This document shows, one piece after another, positions 46,781 to 56,664 of a stretch of 64,000 nt of DNA. The position numbers were made by a program, and so were the translations under genes. Source of the stretch: a virus; the IMG/VR virus record IMGVR_UViG_3300012953_000019, positions 32,001-96,000 of that record; one strand, written 5' to 3'. Under the pieces are notes generated by a model. That model worked only from the letters and a program-made list of their open reading frames with translations, was not told where the DNA came from and did no database searches. Position 1 is the stretch's first letter, and each line of letters opens with the position of its first letter.

Positions 46781-48691
46781 ATGGCTTTTCAGCTATCACC
46801 AGGAGTTCAGGTCAGAGAACAAGACTTGACTAATGTTGTTCCCGCAGTTGCAACCACAATTGGTGCGATTGTTGGAGACTTTAGTTGGGGTCCTGCCCAT
46901 CAGATACAAAACGTAGACTCTGAAAATAATTTAGTAAGTTTGTTCGGTAAACCGACAACAAGTAATTTCTTAGATTTCATGACTGCCTCTTCATTTTTGG
47001 CATATGGATCTAATTGTTTAACAGTAAGAGAAGTTGGAACAGCCGCAAGAAATGCGACTGCCGATGGAACAGGTATCTTAATTAAAAATAGAGATATTTA
47101 TGAAGCATCATATGGAAATAATGAAGGTAGTGTAGGAGTTTGGGCTGCCAAATATCCTGGTACACTAGGCAACTCACTTAAAGTCTCAATGGCAGACTTA
47201 ACATCTTTTTCATCAACTTCAGTTGCAAGCATTGCAGTTACCGCTGGTGGATCAGGATATACTTCAGTACCAACTGTTACTATTGCAAACCCAGACACCG
47301 GCACTACGATTGCAACAGCAACCGCAACAATTTCCGGTGATGCAGTCAATGCAATTGTAGTTGTTTTTGGTGGAGTAGGATATACTTCAGCACCAACTGT
47401 TACAATTTCTGGCGGTGGTGGTTCTGGTGCAACAGCAACAGCAACCCTATCTACTGCTTGGACTTATGCTGGTCAGTTTGATAGTACACCAATTACTACT
47501 TCATGGGGAACCTCAACAGGAACTTCTGTAGACGAACTTCATATCATCGTAATCGATGAAGATGGTGCTATTACTGGTATTGCAGGAACTGTTCTTGAAA
47601 AATTCCCAGGAGTATCTAAAGCATCTGACGCTAAAGATGACGTTAACCAGTCTAACTATTGGAAAAATGTTATTAACCAGAGATCAAAGTATGTTTGGGT
47701 AATGGATAATCCAACTGGTGGTACAGATTGGGGTACAGTTGGTGCCGGCAATGCTGGTTACGATACATTAACTGCGGCAGATGAGAGTTCACTTTCTGGT
47801 GCAGTAGATGCCGCACCCGCTAGTGCTGACTTACAAGCTGGTTATCTAATGTTTGATAACGATGAGTTGCTTGATGTTTCATTAATCATGACTTCAGGAC
47901 ACCCACTTACGGTATCAGATTATGTAATCGATAACGTTGCAGAAATCAGAAAAGACTGTATGGTATTTGTATCTCCAGAAAGAGATTCAGTTGTAAATAA
48001 TGCTGGATCAGAAGTAACCGCAATTGTTACTGATAGAGGTTCTTTAACTAGAAGTTCTTTTGCAGTGATGGATAGTGGTTGGAAATATATGTACGACAAG
48101 TACAATGATCAGTATGTCTATGTGCCATTAAATGGTGACGTAGCTGGTGCTTGTGTTGTCGCAGATAATCAAAACGATCCTTGGTTCTCACCTGCTGGTT
48201 ATAATCGCGGTGTAATCAAGAATGCTGTTAAACTCGCATTCTCTCCTAAAAAGTCTGAAAGAGATGAATTGTATCGTCAAGGTATCAACCCAATTGTTGG
48301 ATTCCCTGGTAACGGCATCGTTCTCTTCGGAGATAAAACTTTGTTAGACAAGCCTTCTGCATTTAATAGGATTAATGTACGTAGATTGTTTATTGTCCTT
48401 GAAAAGGCAGTAGCAACAGCCGCTAAGTTTCAACTCTTTGACTTCAATGACGCTTTCACAAGAGCGCAATTTAGGTCATTAGTAGAACCGTTCTTGCGTG
48501 ATGTACAAGGCAGAAGAGGTATCTATGACTTCAGAGTAGTTTGTGACGAAACAAACAATACTGCTGAGACAATAGATGCAAATGAATTCAGAGCAGATAT
48601 CTTTGTCAAGCCCGCAAAGTCTATCAACTTTATTACGTTGACCTTTGTTGCTACTCGTACAGGTATCTCTTTTGAAGAACTTGGTGCCTAA
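46781..48691 (+). CDS. gp18: Tail sheath protein gp18
   Basis: [38 protein letters not shown] and FNDAFTR motifs. Confidence 0.97.
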   Translation: MAFQLSPGVQVREQDLTNVVPAVATTIGAIVGDFSWGPAHQIQNVDSENNLVSLFGKPTTSNFLDFMTASSFLAYGSNCLTVREVGTAARNATADGTGILIKNRDIYEASYGNNEGSVGVWAAKYPGTLGNSLKVSMADLTSFSSTSVASIAVTAGGSGYTSVPTVTIANPDTGTTIATATATISGDAVNAIVVVFGGVGYTSAPTVTISGGGGSGATATATLSTAWTYAGQFDSTPITTSWGTSTGTSVDELHIIVIDEDGAITGIAGTVLEKFPGVSKASDAKDDVNQSNYWKNVINQRSKYVWVMDNPTGGTDWGTVGAGNAGYDTLTAADESSLSGAVDAAPASADLQAGYLMFDNDELLDVSLIMTSGHPLTVSDYVIDNVAEIRKDCMVFVSPERDSVVNNAGSEVTAIVTDRGSLTRSSFAVMDSGWKYMYDKYNDQYVYVPLNGDVAGACVVADNQNDPWFSPAGYNRGVIKNAVKLAFSPKKSERDELYRQGINPIVGFPGNGIVLFGDKTLLDKPSAFNRINVRRLFIVLEKAVATAAKFQLFDFNDAFTRAQFRSLVEPFLRDVQGRRGIYDFRVVCDETNNTAETIDANEFRADIFVKPAKSINFITLTFVATRTGISFEELGA

Positions 48692-48696
48692 CCCAT

Positions 48697-48704
48697 TATA
48701 AATA
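48697..48704 (+). promoter_or_regulatory. Late promoter TATAAATA
   Basis: Exact consensus upstream of gp19. Confidence 0.85.
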
Positions 48705-48731
48705 ATCATATTCAACTAGGAGATAAATTAA

Positions 48732-49247
48732 ATGAATATTGAAGAATTTAAAGCGAGGCTAGGCGCTGGTGGAGCTAGACCAAACCAGTTTCGGGTTTCT
48801 CTTGCTTTTCCAAGCTATGTACCAGGAGTTGATCCATCATATAGCTTACTGGTAACAGGCGCCGCATTGCCCGCATCAAACGTAAACCCCGCGATCATTC
48901 AGTACAGAGGTCGTGAAATTAAAATGGCTGGTGAAAGAATCTTTGATCCATGGACAATTACAGTTGTTAATGATTCAAACTTCTCTCTACGTAAACCATT
49001 TGAAATATGGATGAACGGTCTTAATGATCGTGAAACAAACGAAGGTGTACTTACTCCAAGAGACTATCAGTCCGACTTGGTTGTTGAACATCTTGACAGA
49101 AATGACGAAGTATTAACTGGTGGTACTTATACGCTACGAAATGCTTTCCCAATACAGATGTCAGAAATTGCATTACAATATGCACAGAATGATATTTTTG
49201 AAGAATTTACAGTGACGTTCCAATATATGCATTATGATGTAAGCTAA
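48732..49247 (+). CDS. gp19: Tail tube protein gp19
   Basis: GGARPNQFRV, YRGREIKMAGER.FDPWTITVVND and EEFTVTFQY motifs. Confidence 0.95.
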   Translation: MNIEEFKARLGAGGARPNQFRVSLAFPSYVPGVDPSYSLLVTGAALPASNVNPAIIQYRGREIKMAGERIFDPWTITVVNDSNFSLRKPFEIWMNGLNDRETNEGVLTPRDYQSDLVVEHLDRNDEVLTGGTYTLRNAFPIQMSEIALQYAQNDIFEEFTVTFQYMHYDVS

Positions 49248-49269
49248 TTGGACATAGGATTATTATAAC

Positions 49270-50850
49270 ATGGAATTATTTGGATTTGAGATTAACAGGA
49301 AAAAGGCGCCTAAGACAGAGAAATCTTTCGTAGCGCCAGATTCTGATGGAGCCCTGGAAAGTATTCAGGCAGGTGGTTATTTTGGTACATACTTTGATGT
49401 AGAAGGTGTAGCAAACAATGAAGCGGAACTTATTAAAAGATACCGCGATATATCAATGATGGCAGATGTTGATTCTGCTATTGAAGATATTATTAATGAT
49501 AGTATTTCTAATATGGATGACGAAAAGCCCTTGACATTAAATGTCGATTCGCTTAAACAGTCTGCCGCAGTGAAGAAAGCTATCCAAGCTGAGTTTGATA
49601 ACATCGTTTCATTGATGGACTTCAACGACAAGGCACAAGATTATTTTAGACGTTGGTATGTTGACGGAAGAATTTACTTTCATAAAGTAATTGATACTGC
49701 AAAAGCAAAAGAAGGTATCAAAGATGTAAGATACATTGATCCCAGAAAGATCAAGAAAGTAAGGAAAGTAAAGAAAGAAAAAGATGCAAATGGTGTTGCA
49801 GTTATTACGGACATCGATGAACATTTTATATTTGATGATAAAGGACTAGCCACTAAGTCTGGACAGTATAAAGCAGGCAATGCTCAAGACAAAGCAGTAA
49901 AGATTGCCAAAGATGCTATTACATATTGTACTTCGGGTTTGATGGATCAGGATAAACAAATCCCAATATCGTATATGCACAAAGCAATACGACCAGCAAA
50001 CCAACTTAGAATGATGGAAAACGCTGTAGTAATTTATCGTATTACTAGAGCGCCAGAAAGGCGAATCTTTTATATAGATGTTGGTAATTTACCTACTGGT
50101 AAAGCAGAACAATATCTAAAAGACATTATGGAAAGATATCGTAATAAACTAGTATACGATGCTGGCACAGGTGAGATCAGAGATGATAAAAAATTTATGT
50201 CAATGCTTGAAGATTTCTGGCTACCAAGAAAAGAAGGTGGCAGAGGGACAGAGATTCAAACATTGCCTGGTGGTGCAAATTTAGGACAAATTGAAGATGT
50301 TGAGTATTTTCAACGTAAACTATATCAAGCACTAAATGTACCACTATCTAGATTAGAACAACAAGCTGGACTAAATTTTGGTAGATCAGCAGAGATTACA
50401 AGAGATGAACTTAAATTTACTAAGTTTATTTCTAAGTTAAGAAGAAGATTCTCAGGAATTTTCCATGACTTATTGAAGACACAACTTGTTCTTAAAGGTA
50501 TTATAAATGAACAAGATTGGTTAGAGATTAAAGAAGACTTGCACTATGAATTTGCAAGTGATGTCTACTACACAGAATCTAAAGAACAAGAGATTCTCCG
50601 TAGTAGAATTGAAGTTCTTAACGGTGTTGCACCATTTATGGGACAACTATACAGTAAGAGATATGTGCAGAAAAATATTCTGCGTCTTACTGACGAAGAA
50701 ATTTCTGAGATTGACGCAGAAATTCAAGGTGCTGATAAAGATGATCACCTTGTTGGTGACGCCGCAGAGGCAGAAAGAGATCGACAACATCAAATTGCAA
50801 TGTCGCAAGGTAACGATGATGCCGATGAAGAACAAACAGATGGAGAATAA
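49270..50850 (+). CDS. gp20: Portal protein gp20
   Basis: RRWYVDGRIYFHK, RAPERRIFYIDVGNLP and MLEDFWLPRKEGGRGTEI motifs. Confidence 0.97.
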   Translation: MELFGFEINRKKAPKTEKSFVAPDSDGALESIQAGGYFGTYFDVEGVANNEAELIKRYRDISMMADVDSAIEDIINDSISNMDDEKPLTLNVDSLKQSAAVKKAIQAEFDNIVSLMDFNDKAQDYFRRWYVDGRIYFHKVIDTAKAKEGIKDVRYIDPRKIKKVRKVKKEKDANGVAVITDIDEHFIFDDKGLATKSGQYKAGNAQDKAVKIAKDAITYCTSGLMDQDKQIPISYMHKAIRPANQLRMMENAVVIYRITRAPERRIFYIDVGNLPTGKAEQYLKDIMERYRNKLVYDAGTGEIRDDKKFMSMLEDFWLPRKEGGRGTEIQTLPGGANLGQIEDVEYFQRKLYQALNVPLSRLEQQAGLNFGRSAEITRDELKFTKFISKLRRRFSGIFHDLLKTQLVLKGIINEQDWLEIKEDLHYEFASDVYYTESKEQEILRSRIEVLNGVAPFMGQLYSKRYVQKNILRLTDEEISEIDAEIQGADKDDHLVGDAAEAERDRQHQIAMSQGNDDADEEQTDGE

Positions 50851-50852
50851 TT

Positions 50853-51146
50853 ATGTCAGATATTGAACTTGAAGTGAATGATCAAACAGATGCACAAGAT
50901 ATTGTTCGTGCAATGATGGACAAGATGGCATCTGGCGACACAACAGGTGCCGCAGATGATTTTAATGTTGCAATGGGACAGCGAGTGGGTAATGTACTCG
51001 CAGATCGAAAAGCTGAAATTGCAAATGGTGTATTCAATAATAGTGAAATGCAAAAAATGGGACTTGAAGCAGAGCCTGAAGTAGAAGTAGAAGAGCCAGC
51101 AGAAGAGTCCGAAGAAGAAAACGGAGAAACAAATGAAGACGTTTAG
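50853..51146 (+). CDS. Prohead core protein (gp67/gp68-like position)
   Basis: Acidic 97-aa ORF immediately after the portal gene. Confidence 0.55.
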   Translation: MSDIELEVNDQTDAQDIVRAMMDKMASGDTTGAADDFNVAMGQRVGNVLADRKAEIANGVFNNSEMQKMGLEAEPEVEVEEPAEESEEENGETNEDV

Positions 51147-51483
51147 GCAATTTAAAGAAGAAGCACTGGCAGTAAAGAAGCCCAGTAAAGAAAAGCCTAC
51201 TGCAAACCATCCAGCAGAAGATGGCGTAGAAGGTGATAAGTTACCTCCTAAACAGGGTTCTTCAGAAGATCCTAAAGTTACACATAATTGCGCGATGAAA
51301 GTATTGCACAAAGAACATGGTGAAGGGCGCCCACTTCACTCAGAACACGCTATTCCAGATGCTGACGGCAACGTTGCTTGGTACAAAGTGATGTTTGAAC
51401 ACGGAATTGAAACTTGTGATACCATAGACCTTGATGTTTTATTAACAGAGGCGCATTCCAATCACAAGAAAAAAGGTTATTAG
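51133..51483 (+). CDS. His-rich putative internal head protein
   Basis: Starts MKTFRQFKEE (T4 capsid-targeting-like) and contains THNCA, HKEHG, HSEHA, FEHG and HSNH. Confidence 0.55.
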   Translation: MKTFRQFKEEALAVKKPSKEKPTANHPAEDGVEGDKLPPKQGSSEDPKVTHNCAMKVLHKEHGEGRPLHSEHAIPDADGNVAWYKVMFEHGIETCDTIDLDVLLTEAHSNHKKKGY

Positions 51484-51493
51484 GAGAAAGTAA

Positions 51494-51880
51494 ATGGCAG
51501 TCGTAGTAGACGTTTTAAAACTAACCCAAGTACAAGGGGTTGTCGCCGTTCGGGGAACATCTGCGACTGGCTCAATTGCACTTGCAACTACATTAAAAAA
51601 ATCAACAGAAACTCAATCATCACCAAAAGCCAATATCAGAGCGATTCATTGGACTTTGGGCGCGTCTGGTGCCGCTGTTATCTCTAGAGACAGTAACGTT
51701 TTATATGATTTAACAGAATCTGGTTCAATTGAATTCAATGGGTTCTCAGACAATCAGCATAATGATCAAAACGTTGATGTTGCAATTTCTGGTGCATCTG
51801 GTACAGTAATCATTGAACTTACTAAAGTTGATGGTTATGGTTCACAACAGCACCAAGGTGCAGATGGGAGTCTAGGATAA
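51494..51880 (+). CDS. Hypothetical head-region protein
   Basis: 128-aa ORF with an AGGAG RBS whose stop overlaps the gp21 start. Confidence 0.6.
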   Translation: MAVVVDVLKLTQVQGVVAVRGTSATGSIALATTLKKSTETQSSPKANIRAIHWTLGASGAAVISRDSNVLYDLTESGSIEFNGFSDNQHNDQNVDVAISGASGTVIIELTKVDGYGSQQHQGADGSLG

Positions 51881-52533
51881 TGAAACTTATTACTGAAACA
51901 GTAGATGATGTCAAGTACATCGTAGAAGAGAAAGACGGCAAGAAATCAATGTATATTGAAGGTGTCTTTCTTCAATCAGATTTAAAAAACAGAAACGGTA
52001 GAATGTACCCAAAAGAAATTATGCAACGGGAAGTTGCTAGGTACACTAAAGAGAACATCGATACTAAGAGAGCAATGGGCGAACTTGGTCATCCCGATGG
52101 ACCTACTGTTAATCTTGACCGTGTATCACATCTTATCACTTCACTAAAAGAAGATGGTAATAACTACATAGGTAAAGCAAAAATTCTTGATACTCCAATG
52201 GGAAACATCGCTAGAAATCTTATTGAAGAGGGTGCTCAACTAGGAGTTAGTTCACGTGGACTAGGTTCTCTTAAAGAGCGTAATGGTATCAATGAAGTGC
52301 AGGACGATTTCATGCTATCAACTGCCGCGGACATAGTTTCTGATCCTTCAGCACCTGATGCATTCGTAAGAGGTATTATGGAGAACAGAGAGTGGATTCT
52401 AGAGAATGGCATCTGGCAAGAAAGAGAAGTTGATATGGCAAAGACTTATATTAGTAAGACTTCTGCCCGTGAACTGGAAGAAGCAAAATTAGTAGTCTTT
52501 GAATCCTTCATGAAAAGGTTGTCAGAAATCTAA
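51880..52533 (+). CDS. gp21: Prohead protease gp21
   Basis: YIEGVFLQ..KNRNGRMYP, GELGHPDGPTVNLDRVSH, GVSSRGLGS and D.VSDPSAPDAFV motifs. Confidence 0.97.
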   Translation: MKLITETVDDVKYIVEEKDGKKSMYIEGVFLQSDLKNRNGRMYPKEIMQREVARYTKENIDTKRAMGELGHPDGPTVNLDRVSHLITSLKEDGNNYIGKAKILDTPMGNIARNLIEEGAQLGVSSRGLGSLKERNGINEVQDDFMLSTAADIVSDPSAPDAFVRGIMENREWILENGIWQEREVDMAKTYISKTSARELEEAKLVVFESFMKRLSEI

Positions 52534-52538
52534 TTTTT

Positions 52539-52546
52539 TATAAATA
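52539..52546 (+). promoter_or_regulatory. Late promoter TATAAATA
   Basis: Exact consensus upstream of gp22. Confidence 0.85.
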
Positions 52547-52583
52547 ATTATCAGAAACATAATCCTAAAAGGAGATCAGTAAC

Positions 52584-53801
52584 ATGAGTGTAGAAAACAA
52601 GATTAGAGAGTTTCTTGCTAAGGGCCGAGAAGTTGGTCAACTTAGTGAAGAACTCCAAGAACTGGACGAGAAGGCAGACAACCTTTCGCCCAATAGTAAA
52701 CCAGGTGATTCATCTGCCCCTACTCAGGGAAGTTCAGATGCTAATCCTGAACAGGACGATTTAAGTGGAAAGGGCAACAAAGAAGGTGGTCTAACATCTG
52801 AAGTTGGTAAAGCCGCATCTGCTAAAGCGAAAAAAGATGGAACATTGCCTAAAGGTAATGGTGCTAAAGAAGCTCCTTCTAATTTCGAAAATGAAGCAAA
52901 CACTGAAGACTCAGTAAACAATGCAACTTCTCAAGGCGTAGTAGCTAAAGAAGAAGCAGTATCTGAGGAAGAAGAAGTTATTTCTGAAGAAGAAGGCACC
53001 GAAGAAGAATTAGAAGTCGTTGCTGAAGATGAAGAAGTCGTTGCAGAAGAAGATCAAGAAGTTGTTTCAGAAGAAGAAGAAACTCTTTTCGGTCAAGATA
53101 TTAAAGGTCTGTTTGAATCAGAAGAACAACTTTCTGAAGAATTCAAGACTAAGGCAGCTGGTATTTTTGAAGCCGTTGTCACTGCACGTATTGCAAACGA
53201 AATGGAAACAATCGAAGCAGAACTAAAAGAAGAAGCACAGTTACAGCAAGAAACATTCAAGGAAGAAATGGTAGAAAAACTAGATTCGTTCCTTTCCTAT
53301 GTTGCTGAGAACTGGATGAAAGAAAATGAACTTGCCATAGAGCGAGGTCTACGTGCTGAGATCACTGAAGACTTCATTTCTGGTATGAAAACCCTATTCG
53401 CTGAACACTACATCCAAGTACCCGAAGAAAAGTATGATGTACTGGGCGAAATGCAGGACAAAATTGACTCTTTGGAAACAAAGTTAAATGAGTCCCTTGA
53501 AGAAAAGATCGAAGTTGTTGCAGAAAAGCAAAATCTTCAGAAGCAAGCAATCATCAAAGAAGCCAGTGACGATTTAACACTGACTGAAGCTGAAAAATTT
53601 GCGAAACTTGTTGAAGACATTGATTTTGGTAGCACTGAAATCTTTACCGAAAAAGTTGCAGTAGTTAAGGAAAACTATTTTCCAAAGCAAGGGCAACAAG
53701 ATTCCGAAGATAAGTTGGAAGACACTGTAGAAGGGTTAGCCCAAGATGACAGTTATATTTCCAGATATGCTCAGGCAATCTCTCAATCAGCAAAGTTCTA
53801 A
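52584..53801 (+). CDS. gp22: Prohead core scaffold gp22
   Basis: Glu-rich; LSEEFKTKAAGIFEAVV, YVAENWMKEN..AIE.GL..EITEDF and KVAVVKENYF motifs. Confidence 0.92.
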   Translation: MSVENKIREFLAKGREVGQLSEELQELDEKADNLSPNSKPGDSSAPTQGSSDANPEQDDLSGKGNKEGGLTSEVGKAASAKAKKDGTLPKGNGAKEAPSNFENEANTEDSVNNATSQGVVAKEEAVSEEEEVISEEEGTEEELEVVAEDEEVVAEEDQEVVSEEEETLFGQDIKGLFESEEQLSEEFKTKAAGIFEAVVTARIANEMETIEAELKEEAQLQQETFKEEMVEKLDSFLSYVAENWMKENELAIERGLRAEITEDFISGMKTLFAEHYIQVPEEKYDVLGEMQDKIDSLETKLNESLEEKIEVVAEKQNLQKQAIIKEASDDLTLTEAEKFAKLVEDIDFGSTEIFTEKVAVVKENYFPKQGQQDSEDKLEDTVEGLAQDDSYISRYAQAISQSAKF

Positions 53802-53813
53802 AATATTTTATTT

Positions 53814-53821
53814 TATAAATA
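53814..53821 (+). promoter_or_regulatory. Late promoter TATAAATA
   Basis: Exact consensus upstream of gp23. Confidence 0.85.
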
Positions 53822-53854
53822 ATAGTACTAAAACCCCAATAGGAGAAACGAAAA

Positions 53855-55132
53855 ATGTATCTTTCTGAACAAATTCAAGAGAAGTGGGCTCCAGTTCTGG
53901 ACCACGAAGCTCTTGGCGAAATCAAAGACCCATACAAGAAAGCAGTTACCGCTGTTATTCTTGAAAACCAAGAGAAGGCTTGTCGTGAAGAACGCCTTGC
54001 TCTTAACGAAGTCGCGGCCAATAGTAATACTGGCGGCGGAATCGACAACTATGACCCAATTCTCATCAGTCTTGTAAGACGGGCACTGCCTAATCTTATG
54101 GCTTATGACGTAGCTGGTGTTCAACCAATGACTGGACCTACTGGTCTTATCTTTGCAATGAAGTCACACTTTACTAGTCAATCTGGTACAGAGGCTTTAT
54201 TCAACGAAGCAGACACAGACTTTTCTGGTACTGGTACTCATGCTGGCTCAAACCCAGTTGACGGTACTTTTACTACTGGTACAGCAATTGCCACTAACAC
54301 TGGTGAAGCACTTGGCGATGCAGGTGGAACAGACTTCAATGAAATGGCTTTCTCAATTGAGAAAACAACCGTTACTGCGAAGACTCGCGCACTTAAAGCT
54401 GAGTACACAGTAGAATTGGCTCAAGACCTTAAAGCTATCCATGGTTTGGATGCTGAAGGCGAGTTGTCAAACATTCTTTCACAAGAAATTCTTGCTGAAA
54501 TTAACCGTGAAGTTATTAGAACAATCTACAAAGTCGCTAAGCCTGGTTCTGCATCTACTGCAACAGCTGGTACTTTCGACCTTGACGTTGATTCAAATGG
54601 CAGATGGTCAGTTGAGCGATTCAAAGGTCTTCTCTTCAACATTGAAAGAGATGCTAACGTAATCGCGCAAGACACACGTAGAGGGAAAGGTAACTTCATC
54701 ATCACATCTGCTGATGTTGCGGCTGCTCTCTCAATGGCAGGTGTTCTTGACACTGGTTCAGCATTACAAGGTGCAGGCCCTCTTAACGTTGACGATACTG
54801 GTAATACATTTGCTGGTGTTCTTAACGGTCGTTACAAAGTATATGTTGATCCATATTCAGCAAATACTGGAGCCGCTTCACAGTTCTACGTAGTTGGTTA
54901 TAAAGGATCTAGTGCATATGACGCTGGTATCTTCTACTGCCCATACGTACCTCTGCAAATGGTTAGAGCGATTGACCCAGGTAATTTCCAGCCTAAGATT
55001 GGCTTCAAGACACGATATGGCATGATTGCAAACCCATACGTGACTCAAGCTAACGGTACTACTGACGGTGCAACATTTACTGCTGACCGTAACCAGTACT
55101 ACAGACTGTCTAAAGTTACTAACCTTATGTAA
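53855..55132 (+). CDS. gp23: Major capsid protein gp23
   Basis: EKWAPVLDH, GVQPMTGPTGLIFAM, TRALKAEYTVELAQDLKAIHGLDAE and YCPYVPL motifs. Confidence 0.98.
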   Translation: MYLSEQIQEKWAPVLDHEALGEIKDPYKKAVTAVILENQEKACREERLALNEVAANSNTGGGIDNYDPILISLVRRALPNLMAYDVAGVQPMTGPTGLIFAMKSHFTSQSGTEALFNEADTDFSGTGTHAGSNPVDGTFTTGTAIATNTGEALGDAGGTDFNEMAFSIEKTTVTAKTRALKAEYTVELAQDLKAIHGLDAEGELSNILSQEILAEINREVIRTIYKVAKPGSASTATAGTFDLDVDSNGRWSVERFKGLLFNIERDANVIAQDTRRGKGNFIITSADVAAALSMAGVLDTGSALQGAGPLNVDDTGNTFAGVLNGRYKVYVDPYSANTGAASQFYVVGYKGSSAYDAGIFYCPYVPLQMVRAIDPGNFQPKIGFKTRYGMIANPYVTQANGTTDGATFTADRNQYYRLSKVTNLM

Positions 55133-55162
55133 TATAAAAAGAATCTCATTAGAGACACTTTT

Positions 55163-55189
55163 AAGGGAGCTTTCGGGCTCCCTTTTTTT
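55163..55189 (+). terminator. Rho-independent terminator after gp23
   Basis: AAGGGAGC-tTTCGg-GCTCCCTT with a UUCG loop and a T-run. Confidence 0.92.
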
Positions 55190-55194
55190 GTGCG

Positions 55195-55202
55195 TATAAA
55201 TA
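55195..55202 (+). promoter_or_regulatory. Late promoter TATAAATA upstream of iscU
   Basis: Exact consensus immediately after the gp23 terminator. Confidence 0.85.
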
Positions 55203-55234
55203 GTAGTACTTCTAACAGTACAGGAGATACTGAA

Positions 55235-55612
55235 GTGGCATATAGCGATAAAGTTATAGATCACTATGAAAATCCTCGAAACGTAGGCAAATGGGATCCA
55301 GACACAGATGGTATTGGCACCGGCATGGTAGGTGCACCCGCGTGTGGAGATGTTATGAGACTACAGATTAAAGTCGAAGATGATGTGATCACAGATGCAA
55401 AATTTAAAACATACGGATGCGGTTCTGCAATCGCTTCCAGTTCATTACTAACAGAGTGGGTAAAGAACAAGACCCTAGAAGAAGCAGGTCAGATAAAGAA
55501 TACAGAACTTGCTGAAGAATTGGCTCTTCCACCTGTAAAAATACATTGCAGTGTACTAGCAGAGGATGCTATTAAGGCTGCCATTGAAGACTACAAGGAA
55601 AAATATGCCTAA
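55235..55612 (+). CDS. iscU: Fe-S cluster scaffold IscU
   Basis: YSDKVIDHYENPRNVG, GAPACGDVM, TYGCGSAIASSS and LPPVKIHCSVLAEDAIKAA, with all ligands intact. GTG start after a GGAG RBS. Confidence 0.95.
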   Translation: MAYSDKVIDHYENPRNVGKWDPDTDGIGTGMVGAPACGDVMRLQIKVEDDVITDAKFKTYGCGSAIASSSLLTEWVKNKTLEEAGQIKNTELAEELALPPVKIHCSVLAEDAIKAAIEDYKEKYA

Positions 55613-56348
55613 AATAATGATATTTGGTGATAGTTATGCGGCAGATTATGAAATCGCAAAATCTTGGACTCGGAGTGTAGCAGAAGAATTTCCTGAGTAT
55701 ACATTTCAAAATCTTGCTGTGGCTGCTTCTAGTTTAGATTATCTTTACTTCACATATGAAAAATGGAGAGCGCACCTTAAGGCAAATGATATTGTTATTA
55801 TGTCTCTGACAGCCATGGAAAGATTATTTTTAAGAGATCCTACAATATCTGGTCGTCCAAGATTTATGACTACTCATCAAATAACACCTGCGAAAAATGA
55901 TCGTACTCCAGCACCAGATGACCATAAACTTCAAGAGTTTTTTGCAGGAGATATGTTCAATCCGGATGCACATGGTGCCATAATGAATATTTTCTTAAAC
56001 GCTTTACAATATGATGCAATAACAAAAGATATAACAGTAGTTGTAATACCTATAGGTGGTGATAACTATATAAACAGAGAAGATAAAGAACATATTGAAA
56101 TAGCAATGTGCGGAGAAGATCCAGGTTCGGCTGAAGCTGGCTTGACAGGAGTTACAAAAAGACAGATGGAAGCCATGTTTGATTTAAAAGGTAAATTCTG
56201 GCATGAAAGAAAAGAATGTTGGGAACAAGATTTTAAACACGCAAACCATCTTACTCCAAGAAACAATAAAGTATTAGCAAATAAAGTTATACGAAACATT
56301 CGTACAAAAGAACCTATAGATTTGAGAACAGAATGGGTGTATAAATAG
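55605..56348 (+). CDS. SGNH/GDSL-like hydrolase or acyltransferase
   Basis: IFGDSY (block I), NLAVAASS (block II-like) and a C-terminal ANHLT..NN His motif. ATG at 55605 overlaps the iscU stop. Confidence 0.6.
   Translation: MPKIMIFGDSYAADYEIAKSWTRSVAEEFPEYTFQNLAVAASSLDYLYFTYEKWRAHLKANDIVIMSLTAMERLFLRDPTISGRPRFMTTHQITPAKNDRTPAPDDHKLQEFFAGDMFNPDAHGAIMNIFLNALQYDAITKDITVVVIPIGGDNYINREDKEHIEIAMCGEDPGSAEAGLTGVTKRQMEAMFDLKGKFWHERKECWEQDFKHANHLTPRNNKVLANKVIRNIRTKEPIDLRTEWVYK
56340..56347 (+). promoter_or_regulatory. Late promoter TATAAATA upstream of iscA
   Basis: Exact consensus, 5 nt before the ATG. Confidence 0.8.
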
Positions 56349-56352
56349 TAGC

Positions 56353-56664
56353 ATGATACAAATTTCAGCAGATGCAAAGAAATACTGGACCGAACTATTA
56401 GAGTCTTCGGGACAAAAGTATGTGCGACTATCTCTTAAAGGTGGTGGTTGTGCTGGATTCGCTTACACATGGGATTATACAGAAGATGATTCGAATGGTA
56501 CACTTGTAGATAACATCATTGTAGTAGATGATGTATGCACAGATATTATGTCAGGTTCTATAATTAATTTTGTTACCAGTATGACTGGTTCTGAAATACA
56601 GATCATAAATCCCAATGAAGCAAGTTCATGTGGTTGTGGTGAAAGTATTCAGTTTAGTGTTTAA
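56353..56664 (+). CDS. iscA: A-type Fe-S carrier (IscA/SufA/HesB family)
   Basis: RLSLKGGGCAGFAY and NPNEASSCGCGES, with three conserved Cys. Confidence 0.92.
   Translation: MIQISADAKKYWTELLESSGQKYVRLSLKGGGCAGFAYTWDYTEDDSNGTLVDNIIVVDDVCTDIMSGSIINFVTSMTGSEIQIINPNEASSCGCGESIQFSV

Noticed and set aside
41961-55132. Introns, inteins or homing endonucleases in core genes
   Set aside because: gp17, gp20 and gp23 are uninterrupted and of normal length. Inserts in gp13, gp15 and gp18 lack intein or LAGLIDADG/HNH/GIY-YIG motifs.
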